From an uncultured Rhodobacterales bacterium (GTDB taxonomy: Bacteria > Pseudomonadota > Alphaproteobacteria > Rhodobacterales > Rhodobacteraceae), in NCBI GenBank assembly GCA_964351755.1, contig CAYGPT010000001.1:95474-159473 (forward strand): a stretch of DNA of 64,000 nucleotides. Direction: 5' to 3'. Positions 8,915 to 18,148 of the stretch are shown in pieces. The notes beneath the pieces are model-generated. The model had not been told where the DNA came from. It ran no database searches and saw nothing but the letters and a program-made list of their open reading frames with translations. The position numbers were made by a program, and so were the translations under genes. The first letter of the stretch is position 1; each line of letters begins with the position of its first letter.

Positions 8915-10303
8915 ATGTCGAGCATTCTTACAAACAACAGCGCAATGGTTGCGCTGCAAACGCTGAAATCCATCAACAAGAATCTGGCGATGACGCAAAG
9001 CGAGATTTCGACCGGTAAGTCGATCGCAACCGCCAAGGACAACTCCGCCGTCTGGGCGATTTCGAAAGTCATGGAATCCGACGTCAAAGGGTTTCAGGCC
9101 ATTTCGGAAAGCCTCAGCCTCGGTGACGCGACGGTTGCCGTTGCTGCGAACGCATCTGAGACGATCACCGACCTTTTGACCGATATGAAAGAGCGGATCG
9201 TCGCGGCCCAAGAGGAAAACGTTGACCTGGATGCGATCCAGGCGGACATCGTGGCGTTCCGCGATCAGATCACGTCGGTTGTGGCTGCTGCACAATTCAA
9301 CGGTCAGAACCTGATCGACGGATCGAGCACAGTTGACCTGAGCGTCCTGTCTTCGCTGGATCGCAACCTTGACGGTACGGTGACTTCGAATTCGATCGAC
9401 GTCGTTCGTCAAAACCTGTCCGTTACGGATTCCACAGCCACACAAGTGGTGGGTACAACCAACGGCGCCGCGTCCCAAGCTGCCGCGAGCGCGGCATTTT
9501 CCGTCCTGAACAACGCGACGATTGCCGACGGCGCAAATACGACAGGTACTGCTGACGACACCTATTTCGAAAACGACGATCTGACGGATGAAACTACCAA
9601 CGCTCCGGCAGTATTGGCCACCGGTACTTCGGCCGCCATCTCCGTCAACGAAGTACAGGCGGGTGCATCCTACCAGATCTACCTGAGCGATGTGGAGATC
9701 AACGTCGTCGGTGGTGGCACAACCACCGGCGCCCGTACGTTCGAGTATGTTGCCAGCGAAGCTGACTCCGTGACCGATGTCGCCAACGAACTGGCAAGCC
9801 AGATCAACGCGTTCTTCGGCGCGGCTACTGGCAGCGGTGACTACTCTGCGGCAGTGAACAGCACGACCAACGCTGCGGGTGATGTGAACCTGAACGAAAT
9901 TCAGATCACAAACTCTTCGGGTACCGCCATCAACATCAGTGCACAGCTCACACAAGGCGGTACTGCTGGAACAAGTTCATCCAGTGGCGGCCTGGGCGCA
10001 CTGTCCTCGCTTGATGTGACACAGAACGCGACAGGTGCCTTGACTGCGATTGACGGTCTGATCCAGCAATCCATCGATGCGTCGGCAGCCTTTGGTTCGG
10101 CTCAAAACCGTATCGATACTCAGTCCGAGTTCATCTCGAAGCTGACCGACTCCCTGAAATCGGGCATCGGTTCGCTGGTGGACGCCGACATGGAAGAAGT
10201 TTCGGCCCGCCTGCAGGCGTTGCAGACCCAGCAGCAGTTGGGTGTTCAGTCGCTGTCGATCGCCAACCAGGCGCCGCAGTCGATACTGTCACTCTTCCGC
10301 TAA
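8915..10303 (+). CDS. fliC: Flagellin
   Basis: The N-terminus (ILTNNSAMVALQTLKSINKNLAMTQSEISTGKSI) and C-terminus (LQALQTQQQLGVQSLSIANQAPQSILSLFR) are canonical flagellin D0/D1 segments, with an A/T/S/N-rich variable centre. An AAGGA RBS lies 7 nt before ATG 8915; ATG 8909 is an alternative. Confidence 0.95.
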   Translation: MSSILTNNSAMVALQTLKSINKNLAMTQSEISTGKSIATAKDNSAVWAISKVMESDVKGFQAISESLSLGDATVAVAANASETITDLLTDMKERIVAAQEENVDLDAIQADIVAFRDQITSVVAAAQFNGQNLIDGSSTVDLSVLSSLDRNLDGTVTSNSIDVVRQNLSVTDSTATQVVGTTNGAASQAAASAAFSVLNNATIADGANTTGTADDTYFENDDLTDETTNAPAVLATGTSAAISVNEVQAGASYQIYLSDVEINVVGGGTTTGARTFEYVASEADSVTDVANELASQINAFFGAATGSGDYSAAVNSTTNAAGDVNLNEIQITNSSGTAINISAQLTQGGTAGTSSSSGGLGALSSLDVTQNATGALTAIDGLIQQSIDASAAFGSAQNRIDTQSEFISKLTDSLKSGIGSLVDADMEEVSARLQALQTQQQLGVQSLSIANQAPQSILSLFR

Positions 10304-10311
10304 GTCATCTG

Positions 10312-10341
10312 AACGAGGCGCTGTTCGTGCAGCGCCTCGTT
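10312..10341 (+). terminator. Stem-loop immediately after flagellin (probable terminator/attenuator)
   Basis: Perfect 12-bp inverted repeat AACGAGGCGCTG/CAGCGCCTCGTT with a 6-nt loop, 9 nt after the fliC stop. Only a short T run follows. Confidence 0.5.
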
Positions 10342-10374
10342 ACTCCCGTGATACGAACATGAACAGGTGACAGT

Positions 10375-10752
10375 GTGAACGCGACCTACCAAGCCATGCG
10401 CGGCTATGCCGAGCACTCCGTATCGACCCGCAGTGACCGTCGCGCCGAATACGAGGTGATCGCGCGCGTCACTCATGAACTGCGCGACGCCGCGGTTCAA
10501 AGCAAATCGAATTTCGCCGCTTTCGCTGAGGCTCTGCATATGAATCAGCGGCTGTGGACAGCACTGGTCGTGGACATTGCGGACAACGAGAACCCGTTCC
10601 CGAAAGAATTGAAGGCGCGCATCGCGTACCTCGCTGAATTCACCAATCATCAGACGCGTCAGATTCTGCGTAGAAAAGCGAGCGTGATGCCATTGCTTGA
10701 GATTAATATGGCGGTTTTGCGCGGCTTGAAAAAGGAAGGCCCAGTGACATGA
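10375..10752 (+). CDS. flaF: Flagellar biosynthesis regulator FlaF
   Basis: 125 aa. FlaF-family pattern (RSDRRAEYEVIARVTHEL...ALHMNQRLWTALVVDIADNENPFPKELKARIAYLAEF). Paired with flbT. Confidence 0.85.
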   Translation: MNATYQAMRGYAEHSVSTRSDRRAEYEVIARVTHELRDAAVQSKSNFAAFAEALHMNQRLWTALVVDIADNENPFPKELKARIAYLAEFTNHQTRQILRRKASVMPLLEINMAVLRGLKKEGPVT

Positions 10753-11150
10753 GTGGATTGATACTCAAGCTCAGCCCAAAGGAGCGTATCCTGATCAACG
10801 GCGCTGTCATCGAAAACGGGGATCGTCGCAGCCGCCTTGCCATCATGACACCGGATGCGCACATCCTGCGGCTGCGTGACGCCATCCATCCCGAAGACGC
10901 CAAAACACCAGTTCGCCGCGTCTGCTATGCGGTGCAACTGGTGCTGTCGGGCGATGCCGACAAGGACGAAGCTCGCCGCCAATTGCTGCGCAGCGTTGAA
11001 GAACTGAGCCAGGTTTTTGTCGATGCGGACAGTCGAAAACATCTCGATATCGCCTCGCATGCGTTGGTGGCAAACGATCACTACCGCTGTCTCAAAGCGC
11101 TGCGCTCACTGCTGCCGCGCGAAGAGCGTCTGCTTGCCGCCGGAGCCTGA
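10749..11150 (+). CDS. flbT: Flagellin translational repressor FlbT
   Basis: The N-terminus MSGLILKLSPKERILINGAVIENGDRRSRL is the FlbT hallmark. The start overlaps the flaF stop. Confidence 0.85.
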   Translation: MSGLILKLSPKERILINGAVIENGDRRSRLAIMTPDAHILRLRDAIHPEDAKTPVRRVCYAVQLVLSGDADKDEARRQLLRSVEELSQVFVDADSRKHLDIASHALVANDHYRCLKALRSLLPREERLLAAGA

Positions 11151-11155
11151 GTCTA

Positions 11156-11944
11156 GTGTATCAGCCGGTGATAATTTCTTCGGGGGTGGTGGGTTGGCAA
11201 TTCCTGCAGCGCACCTATGACCAGCAATTTTCGGCGTTCAACCAATCTGTCGAACTCAAGCGGGATACGGATTATTTTGCTGAGAATATCGGTGATGTCC
11301 GAACCGCAGAGGATCTGGTGTCCGACCGCCGCATGCTGGCTGTGGCTTTGGGTGCGTTCGGCTTGCAGGACGATATAAACAACCGTTTCTTTATCGAAAA
11401 AATGCTGAGCGACGGCACCACCGCTGATGATGCATTGGCCAATCGATTTACGGACTCCCGCTATCAGGATTTCTCAGCGGCTTTCGGTCTGGGGCCCGGT
11501 GAAATCCGTGGAGCTCTGCGCACTGGTTTTGCCGAAGAGATCATCGCGAAATATCAGGCAAGCAGTTTTGAAATTGCTACGGGCAATCAGGATGAAAACA
11601 TGCGCATAGCACTTTATGCCGAGCGGACATTGCCGGATGTCGTCGGCGGTACCGGCAGTGAAGCGCGCAAGTGGTTTTCCATTATGGGGCAGCCACCTCT
11701 GCGAAACCTGTTCGAAACCGCGTTTGGCCTGCCAAGCGCGTTTGGCCAAGCCGACATTGATTTCCAGTTGGGTGTTTTTCGGGACAGGGCCGCCCGACAA
11801 TTCGGTGTCACGGATCCATCCGAGTTCGCAGACCCGGAAGTGCTGGGCCGGTTAGTCACGACATTCCTTGCCAGGTCGCAATTTGATGGTCGAAGTGCGG
11901 GCGCCTCGGGTGCGGCCATCGCGCTCACACTCATCCAAAACTGA
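11156..11944 (+). CDS. DUF1217-like flagellar-cluster protein of unknown function
   Basis: 262 aa, GTG start. The N-terminus YQPVIISSGVVGWQFLQRTYDQQ and its position after flaF-flbT match my recollection of DUF1217 proteins. Confidence 0.55.
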   Translation: MYQPVIISSGVVGWQFLQRTYDQQFSAFNQSVELKRDTDYFAENIGDVRTAEDLVSDRRMLAVALGAFGLQDDINNRFFIEKMLSDGTTADDALANRFTDSRYQDFSAAFGLGPGEIRGALRTGFAEEIIAKYQASSFEIATGNQDENMRIALYAERTLPDVVGGTGSEARKWFSIMGQPPLRNLFETAFGLPSAFGQADIDFQLGVFRDRAARQFGVTDPSEFADPEVLGRLVTTFLARSQFDGRSAGASGAAIALTLIQN

Positions 11945-12137
11945 TTTGAACGCGCGCGGTAGTCTTTTACGCAGCGACAACTGAAGCTGGTTGCGGGCTG
12001 ACGGGCGTGGTGTAGGTTCCTGTTTACTTCTCAACATCGCGTAGCTGCAGCGCTGCGATCAATAAAACCGGCCATTTTTGTCGCAGCCTGAAGAAAAGTT
12101 TAGCAGCAATGACGCTAAATGATGCGCGCCAACGGCC

Positions 12138-13505
12138 TCAGGCCCGAACAGGTACTTGTGAAGACCGACCCGCCCCCGTACGTCCCGCCCGTCTGAGGAC
12201 CAGCTTGACTTGATCAAAGCTGTGCGCACATGATTTATCGTGAACCGCACCCATGGCCGCATCCAGCTGCGGCCAGATGTTTACGGCGGCGTCAATCTCC
12301 GCATCGGTGCCCTGAGTATACAGTCCGGCGGTGATCATCATCTTGTTCTGCTCATAAACGCTCAGATGCCTGCGCACCTCACGGATGATCTGGTTTTCGT
12401 CCACACTTGCAGCGGCTGGCAGGCTGCGTGAAACGGATCTCAACACATCGACGGCGGGAAAGCGCCCCCGCTCCGCGATGCCCCGGTCAAGCACCACGTG
12501 CCCATCCAAAACCCCGCGCAAAATATCCGCTATGGGTTCGTCCATGTCGGATCCTGCCACCAGCACACTGAAAACAGCCGTGATATCCCCCTGGCCGGTT
12601 GTCCCTGGACCCGCGCGTTCACACAGCGACATGATCAAGTGGGACGTCGAGGGTGGATAGCCTCGCAATACCGGAGCCTCTCCCGCGGCCACGGCCACTT
12701 CACGATGTGCCTCGGCGAAACGCGTGATCGAATCGGCCAGCAGCAAGACTGACATGCCTTGATCGCGAAAGTGTTCGGCAATCGCCATTGCCGTCCACGC
12801 GCATCGGCGCCGGACCAGCGCTGCCAGATCCGAGGTCGCTGCGACGACAATTGCGCGCGCGCGCCCTTCCGGCCCAAGGACCTCATCCACGAAATGGCGC
12901 ACTTCCCGCCCACGTTCGCCGATCATCGCAATCACGACGATATCCGCCGTCATGACCTTGGCCAATTGACCCATCAGGCTGGACTTTCCGACACCGGAGC
13001 CCGCAAACACGCCGATCCGCTGTCCGCGCACGATTGGAAGCATCGTATCGAAGACGACATGCCCCGTGTCGAGCCGCGCGCCTAAAGCACGGCGGGTGGC
13101 GGCTGCGGGTGGGCTGGCCCGCAAGGATCGGGATACCAGCCCGGGCGATAATGGCATGCCGTCCAATGGCTTGCCGTCCGGATCGACGATTCGCCCAACC
13201 CAGCTGATGTCAGGTGCGACACCAGTGCTGCGATCCAGAACGACCCGGTCACCCAGTGCTACTCCTTCGACACTCGCATCGGGCAAGAGCATGACGCCGG
13301 TTGCCGTCAATTGTACCACTTCCCCCTTCAGAATCGTTCCATCCCTTCGCGTAAGCTCGGCCCGATCGCCGATTCGGGTGTCACCATCCAGTCCAGTCAC
13401 GTTGACCTGCCCACCCTGCACGCCGGTAACGCGCCCAATCGTACGGGCAATGCGAAGTTGGGACAGGCGTTTGTGAAAAGATTTCAATCGAGCTGCTTGC
13501 TGCAT
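12138..13505 (-). CDS. fliI: Flagellum-specific ATP synthase FliI
   Basis: Walker A GSGVGKSS and F1/T3SS-ATPase core. An AGGAGG RBS lies before ATG 13505. The ORF-track start 13712 is an over-extension. Confidence 0.95.
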   Translation of the reverse strand: MQQAARLKSFHKRLSQLRIARTIGRVTGVQGGQVNVTGLDGDTRIGDRAELTRRDGTILKGEVVQLTATGVMLLPDASVEGVALGDRVVLDRSTGVAPDISWVGRIVDPDGKPLDGMPLSPGLVSRSLRASPPAAATRRALGARLDTGHVVFDTMLPIVRGQRIGVFAGSGVGKSSLMGQLAKVMTADIVVIAMIGERGREVRHFVDEVLGPEGRARAIVVAATSDLAALVRRRCAWTAMAIAEHFRDQGMSVLLLADSITRFAEAHREVAVAAGEAPVLRGYPPSTSHLIMSLCERAGPGTTGQGDITAVFSVLVAGSDMDEPIADILRGVLDGHVVLDRGIAERGRFPAVDVLRSVSRSLPAAASVDENQIIREVRRHLSVYEQNKMMITAGLYTQGTDAEIDAAVNIWPQLDAAMGAVHDKSCAHSFDQVKLVLRRAGRTGAGRSSQVPVRA

Positions 13506-13549
13506 CGGATCCTCCTGATGTCTGCAAACAGTTTTTAAAGGAATCACAG

Positions 13550-13564
13550 TTAAGCCTTGATTGA
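13550..13564. promoter_or_regulatory. CtrA-like box TTAA-N7-TTGA in the fliI/flgB divergent region
   Basis: TTAAgccttgaTTGA read directly, one mismatch to TTAA-N7-TTAA. It lies 24 nt upstream of flgB ATG 13588 and 45 nt upstream of the fliI ATG. Confidence 0.35.
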
Positions 13565-13587
13565 AATCGCTCGAGGGAGAAGCCCCG

Positions 13588-13980
13588 ATGTTCCAGAATC
13601 TCACCGTTTTCGAAACGGCACATGCAATGGCAGTCCATGCCGGCCAACGGCAGGCGGTCATTTCGCAGAACGTGGCAAATGCGGACACGCCCGGTTTCGT
13701 GGCTCGCGACATGCCCAGTTTTCAAGAAATCTATGCGCCAAAGGATGCCGGTGCGACGAGGCAAAGAGCAACCCGTGCGGGACATCTACACGGTTTGACC
13801 GCCGGAGGAGTCGACGGTCTGATTGAGCAGGACCGCTCCTTTGCCTCACCGGATGGTAACTCCGTGTCGATCGAGACCGAGATGTTGCGCGCCACCGAAA
13901 TCAAGCGTGAGCATGATCGCTCGCTCGCCATCTACAAGTCGGCACTGAATATCCTGCGCGCCAGCCTTGGCCGACAGTAA
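13588..13980 (+). CDS. flgB: Flagellar basal-body rod protein FlgB
   Basis: Rod N-terminal motif AVISQNVANADTPGF. A GGGAGA RBS precedes ATG 13588. Confidence 0.9.
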   Translation: MFQNLTVFETAHAMAVHAGQRQAVISQNVANADTPGFVARDMPSFQEIYAPKDAGATRQRATRAGHLHGLTAGGVDGLIEQDRSFASPDGNSVSIETEMLRATEIKREHDRSLAIYKSALNILRASLGRQ

Positions 13981-13992
13981 GGATCGAATATA

Positions 13993-14385
13993 ATGAGCGA
14001 GTTTTCAAAAGCATTGAGTGTTTCGTCGAGCGGCTTGCAGGCGCAGGCTACGCGACTCCGTCACTTGTCCGAAAACATATCGAATGCCGACACGCCCGGG
14101 TACAGGCGCAAAACCGTCCCGTTTCGCACTGCCTTTGATGCCGGAAATGGCGTGGCAAACGTGGAAGTCGGGCGGATGTCATTGGATGACCGCCCACTTG
14201 AGCGGGTGTTTGACCCGTCCCACCCGATGGCGGATGAGGCCGGGTTTTACGACGGATCGAATGTCGATCTGCTCATCGAACTTGCCGACGCCCGCGAGGC
14301 GCAGCGCAGTTACGAGGCCAACCTCAAAATGTTTGAACAGACGCGGCAAATGTCGGCCGGGTTGATGCAACTGCTGCGCCGTTAA
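13993..14385 (+). CDS. flgC: Flagellar basal-body rod protein FlgC
   Basis: LSENISNADTPGYRRK motif and a conserved C-terminus (EANLKMFEQTRQMSAGLMQLLR). Confidence 0.95.
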   Translation: MSEFSKALSVSSSGLQAQATRLRHLSENISNADTPGYRRKTVPFRTAFDAGNGVANVEVGRMSLDDRPLERVFDPSHPMADEAGFYDGSNVDLLIELADAREAQRSYEANLKMFEQTRQMSAGLMQLLRR

Positions 14386-14412
14386 GCGGCGCGCACGATA
14401 AGGAGATCCAGA

Positions 14413-14697
14413 ATGGAATCAGCAGCACTTTCCGCAGTACAGAATTATTCGGCGTCCCGCGCCGCGACGCAACCGGGCAAGATGCCTGGCGACAGCATGT
14501 TCGGACGGATCGCGATGGATTTCGCGCAGACGCTGGCCCATGGGGAACAGGTCGCACAAGCCTCGATGACCGGAGATGCCGACCCCCACGCTTTGGTGCA
14601 GGCACTGGCACAAACCGAGCTGGCGGTCGAAACCGCCGTCACGGTGCGCAACAAGGTCGTCGAAGCGTATCAGGAAATCCTGCGGATGCCCGTTTGA
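14413..14697 (+). CDS. fliE: Flagellar hook-basal body protein FliE
   Basis: 94 aa. The C-terminus VTVRNKVVEAYQEILRMPV is typical of FliE. Confidence 0.85.
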   Translation: MESAALSAVQNYSASRAATQPGKMPGDSMFGRIAMDFAQTLAHGEQVAQASMTGDADPHALVQALAQTELAVETAVTVRNKVVEAYQEILRMPV

Positions 14698-14698
14698 T

Positions 14699-14968
14699 AT
14701 GCTGAACGAGGTGATCTTTTTCGACACGATGCGTCAGGGGCTGTGGGTGGCGGTGATCGTCTCCATCCCGATCCTGACCGTCGCCTTGGTTGCCGGTGTT
14801 TCGATCGGTCTGGTGCAAGCGCTGACGTCGATCCAGGAAATGACGCTGACCTTCGTGCCCAAGCTGGCAGCCATCATGGTCGTGTTCTGGATGTCCATGG
14901 GTTTCATGACTCAGACGATGGTGTCGTTTTTCCATGATCGCATCATTCCCCTGATTATCGGAGGTTAA
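14699..14968 (+). CDS. fliQ: Flagellar export apparatus protein FliQ
   Basis: 89-aa two-TM protein with the LVQALTSIQEMTLTFVPKL motif. ATG 14699 lies directly after the fliE stop. Confidence 0.9.
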   Translation: MLNEVIFFDTMRQGLWVAVIVSIPILTVALVAGVSIGLVQALTSIQEMTLTFVPKLAAIMVVFWMSMGFMTQTMVSFFHDRIIPLIIGG

Positions 14969-14969
14969 C

Positions 14970-15689
14970 ATGGACAGCACAGGCTACATCACCTTGACTC
15001 GCCAGTCCGGCCTGATGCGCGAAATGCAGGTTGTTGCGAACAACATCGCCAACGCGGCTACGACTGGATTCCGACAAGAGGGCGTGATTTTTTCTGAATA
15101 CGTCCGGGGCATGCAGGGCGGCGAGTCACTGTCGATGGGTCAGGGCAATGTGCGCAATACGTCGCTTGAACAGGGGGCACTGACGCAAACGGGTGGCACA
15201 TTTGACTTCGCCATCGAGGGCGATGGCTATTTCCTGATCGAAACCCCTGATGGAGAACGTTTGACTCGCGCGGGCAGCTTTACGCCTAATGGCGCGGGCG
15301 ACCTTGTTACCCACGACGGCTACCGAGTTCTGGACGCTGGGGGAGCGCCTGTTTTCATTCCGCCTGACGTTCAGTCAATCGCAGTATCGCCTGATGGCAC
15401 GATCAGTGCTGATGGCCTGCTTGTCGGGCAGATTGCTTTGGTAGCGCCGACCGATACCTCCGGCATGACCCGCCAAAGCGGAGTAATGTTCAGTGCCGAC
15501 GATGGCTTTGAACCCACCGAGGCGGCGCGCGTTTTGCAAGGCTTTATCGAAGCCTCCAACGTTGATCCTATCGGCCAGCTCGCGCGCATGATTGAAATCC
15601 AGCGCGCTTATGAGATGGGCCAAAGCTTTCTCGATTCCGAAGATGAACGTGTCCGCCGTGCCATGGACGCAATGATGAAATCCCAATGA
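14970..15689 (+). CDS. flgF: Flagellar basal-body rod protein FlgF
   Basis: ANNIANAATTGFR N-terminal motif and SNVDPIGQLARMIEIQRAYE C-terminal motif. Confidence 0.85.
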   Translation: MDSTGYITLTRQSGLMREMQVVANNIANAATTGFRQEGVIFSEYVRGMQGGESLSMGQGNVRNTSLEQGALTQTGGTFDFAIEGDGYFLIETPDGERLTRAGSFTPNGAGDLVTHDGYRVLDAGGAPVFIPPDVQSIAVSPDGTISADGLLVGQIALVAPTDTSGMTRQSGVMFSADDGFEPTEAARVLQGFIEASNVDPIGQLARMIEIQRAYEMGQSFLDSEDERVRRAMDAMMKSQ

Positions 15690-15699
15690 GGAGAAACTG

Positions 15700-16485
15700 A
15701 TGCGCGCCCTTCACATCGCCGCGACAGGCATGTTGGCCCAGCAAATGCGGGTCGAAACGATCTCGAACAACCTCGCGAACATGAGCACGACGGGCTACAA
15801 CGCTCGACGCGCCGAATTTGCCGATCTGCACTATCAGCAAATGACGCGCCCGGGTTCGATCAATGCCTCAGATGGCACAGTGCTGCCTACGGGCGTGCAG
15901 TTGGGTCTTGGCGCGCGGCCCGCGGCGGTGTCGGTGCAACTGTCGCAGGGGTCGCTGGCCGCAACCGGCGGCGATCTGGATGTTGCGATCGACGGCAAAG
16001 GATTCCTGGAGGTAATCCTGCCGTCGGGCCTGACCGCCTATACCAGAGATGGGGGCCTAAAACGCACAGGGGAGGGTGTGATTGTGACCTCCGATGGCTA
16101 TCCGGTTGCCCCGGAAATCGTCATTCCTGCCGACGCCCGCAGCATTTCGATCAATGGGGATGGCGAAGTCTATGCCTATTTCGCGGACGCTGCTGCCGGT
16201 CAGTTGATCGGGCAGTTCAACCTGACAGGATTCACCAACGCCAAAGGCCTTGAGGCGCTGGGCAGCAACTTGTTTGCCGAAACCGAAGCCTCCGGCCCGC
16301 CCATCACGACGACACCGGGCCTCGATGGGTTGGGCTCGTTGCGGCAAGGATATCTTGAGGAAAGTTCGGTCGATGCGGTGCGCGAGATTACCGAACTGAT
16401 CTCGGCCCAGCGTGGATACGAGATGAATTCCAAAGTGATCTCAGCCGCAGACCAAATGATGGGGGCGATGACGCAGGTAAGATGA
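15700..16485 (+). CDS. flgG: Flagellar distal rod protein FlgG
   Basis: SNNLANMSTTGYNARR and ESSVDAVREITELISAQRGYEMNSKVI motifs; 261 aa. Confidence 0.95.
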   Translation: MRALHIAATGMLAQQMRVETISNNLANMSTTGYNARRAEFADLHYQQMTRPGSINASDGTVLPTGVQLGLGARPAAVSVQLSQGSLAATGGDLDVAIDGKGFLEVILPSGLTAYTRDGGLKRTGEGVIVTSDGYPVAPEIVIPADARSISINGDGEVYAYFADAAAGQLIGQFNLTGFTNAKGLEALGSNLFAETEASGPPITTTPGLDGLGSLRQGYLEESSVDAVREITELISAQRGYEMNSKVISAADQMMGAMTQVR

Positions 16486-16898
16486 TGCGATGTGTTCTGG
16501 CCCTTTTCCTGTTTGCTTCCGCCGTCGCTGCCGATGTCGTGACCCCGACACGCACGCTGCGACCGGGCACGCTGATCACGGTCGCTGATCTGACGATCAT
16601 TGGCGGTGTGTATCCCGGCATGTTCGATCGGATTTCCGATGTTGTCGGTCAAGAGGCGCGCGTTGCGCTTTATGCGGGTCGGCCGATACCGTTCGATGGC
16701 GTCGGAGCGCCAGCCCTGATTAACCGGAACCAGATCGTATCGCTGCATTTTCAGGCCGCCGGATTGACGATCAGCACCGAGGGGCGCGCCCTAGAACGCG
16801 GCGGGGTAGGCGACCGGGTCCGCATCATGAATCTCAGCTCTCGCGCGACCCTGTTCGGGTACGTGCAAGCAGACAGTTCCATCAAGGTGACCCAATAA
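16482..16898 (+). CDS. flgA: Flagellar P-ring assembly chaperone FlgA
   Basis: Signal peptide MMRCVLALFLFASAVAA and a SAF/FlgA C-terminal domain (GDRVRIMNLSSRATLFGYV). The start overlaps the flgG stop. Confidence 0.75.
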   Translation: MMRCVLALFLFASAVAADVVTPTRTLRPGTLITVADLTIIGGVYPGMFDRISDVVGQEARVALYAGRPIPFDGVGAPALINRNQIVSLHFQAAGLTISTEGRALERGGVGDRVRIMNLSSRATLFGYVQADSSIKVTQ

Positions 16899-17647
16899 TG
16901 CGCAAGTTTTCTCCCGTTCGTGCCCGTGGTTTTGCCGGTTGCATACTTGTGCTTGCCGCTGGTGCATGCGGGCGCAGTGATCACTTGGGCAAAGCGCCTT
17001 CATTTTCAAACCCGCTTTCTACGCAAGAGCATTCCGCGATGATCACCGCATCCCTCCCGACCGTGATCGAAGAAACGTCGCCGCTTGACCAGGCATCGCT
17101 CTGGAGCCGTCAGCGCGGATCTTTGCTGGGGGACAGACGTGCGGTTCAGCGTGGCGACATCATGACCGTCGTCATCGAGATCGACGAAAAGGCGGAGATT
17201 TCGAACGAAACCGACAGGTCCAGAAGTGGGTCCGAAACCTTGGGTATCCCGCAGCTGGGTGGCTTGCCGCAGCGGCTTGACGAAAACCTGCCCGAGGGGG
17301 CATCGAGTTCAGAACTGGTGGCGATCAACTCCAATAGTTCATCCAGCGGTGACGGGTCAGTCAAACGCAAGGAAAAGCTGACCTTACGGGTCGCGGCAAC
17401 TGTGGTCGACGTGCTACCGAACGGCGTGTTGTCGATTGCGGGCTCTCAGGAGCTTCGTGTAAATTTCGAACTGCGCGAGTTGCTGGTGACGGGATATGTG
17501 CGGCCCGAAGACATCTCGCGCCAAAACGAAATCACATATGACAAGATTGCTTCTGCCCGCGTGTCCTATGGGGGGCGCGGTCAAATCACGGATGTTCAAC
17601 AGCCCCGTATCGGGCAGCAGGTTCTTGACGCTGTCCTGCCATTTTAG
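16898..17647 (+). CDS. flgH: Flagellar L-ring lipoprotein FlgH
   Basis: Lipobox LAAGAC. FlgH motifs GDIMTVVIEI and SYGGRGQI. TAATG overlap with flgA. Confidence 0.9.
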   Translation: MRKFSPVRARGFAGCILVLAAGACGRSDHLGKAPSFSNPLSTQEHSAMITASLPTVIEETSPLDQASLWSRQRGSLLGDRRAVQRGDIMTVVIEIDEKAEISNETDRSRSGSETLGIPQLGGLPQRLDENLPEGASSSELVAINSNSSSSGDGSVKRKEKLTLRVAATVVDVLPNGVLSIAGSQELRVNFELRELLVTGYVRPEDISRQNEITYDKIASARVSYGGRGQITDVQQPRIGQQVLDAVLPF

Positions 17648-17659
17648 GGTGACCAGAAG

Positions 17660-18145
17660 ATGAAAATGTTACTTCCCCTCGTTTTGCTTTTGGTTGGCGT
17701 TGGCGCCGGCGTCGGCGCAGGCATCTTCCTGCGTCCACAACCCGCACCCATCGCCGATGGCGAAGAAGGTCATGAGAAGATCGAGATCAAAACGCGGGCC
17801 GAAGAAACTGCAATCGATCTGACCCGTGAATACGTCAAGATGAACAACCAATTCGTTGTGCCAATCGTAGATGGCGATTCGATCGAGGGCCTCGCAGTTC
17901 TGTCATTAAGCCTTGAAGTCCCGGCCGGGCAAAAAGACGCAATATATTCCCGCGAACCAAAGCTGCGCGATTCCTTTCTGCAGGTCCTGTTTGACCACGC
18001 CAATATTGGCGGCTTTGACGGGGCATTCACCAATGCCAACAACCTCGCCGTATTGCGCGGAGCACTGCGCGAAGTTGCGCAAAAAGTGATGGGTGACCAG
18101 ATAAGTGACGTGCTGATCATCGACATCGCGCGTCAGGACTACTGA
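17660..18145 (+). CDS. FliL-family basal-body-associated protein (paralog 1)
   Basis: N-terminal TM helix, then a FliL-type core (EYVKMNNQFVVPIV...LSLSLEV...PKLRDSFLQVLF). Confidence 0.6.
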   Translation: MKMLLPLVLLLVGVGAGVGAGIFLRPQPAPIADGEEGHEKIEIKTRAEETAIDLTREYVKMNNQFVVPIVDGDSIEGLAVLSLSLEVPAGQKDAIYSREPKLRDSFLQVLFDHANIGGFDGAFTNANNLAVLRGALREVAQKVMGDQISDVLIIDIARQDY

Positions 18146-18148
18146 ACT

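Noticed and set aside
11945-12137. A possible bidirectional terminator in the 193-nt convergent gap between the DUF1217-like gene and fliI (GCTGCGA...TCGCAGC).
   Set aside because: The stem is only 7 bp with a ~23-nt loop and no flanking T/A tracts, which is too weak to call.
13535-13553. TTAA-N11-TTAA in the fliI/flgB region.
   Set aside because: The spacing is wrong for CtrA, which needs N7. The adjacent TTAA-N7-TTGA at 13550-13564 is the better candidate.
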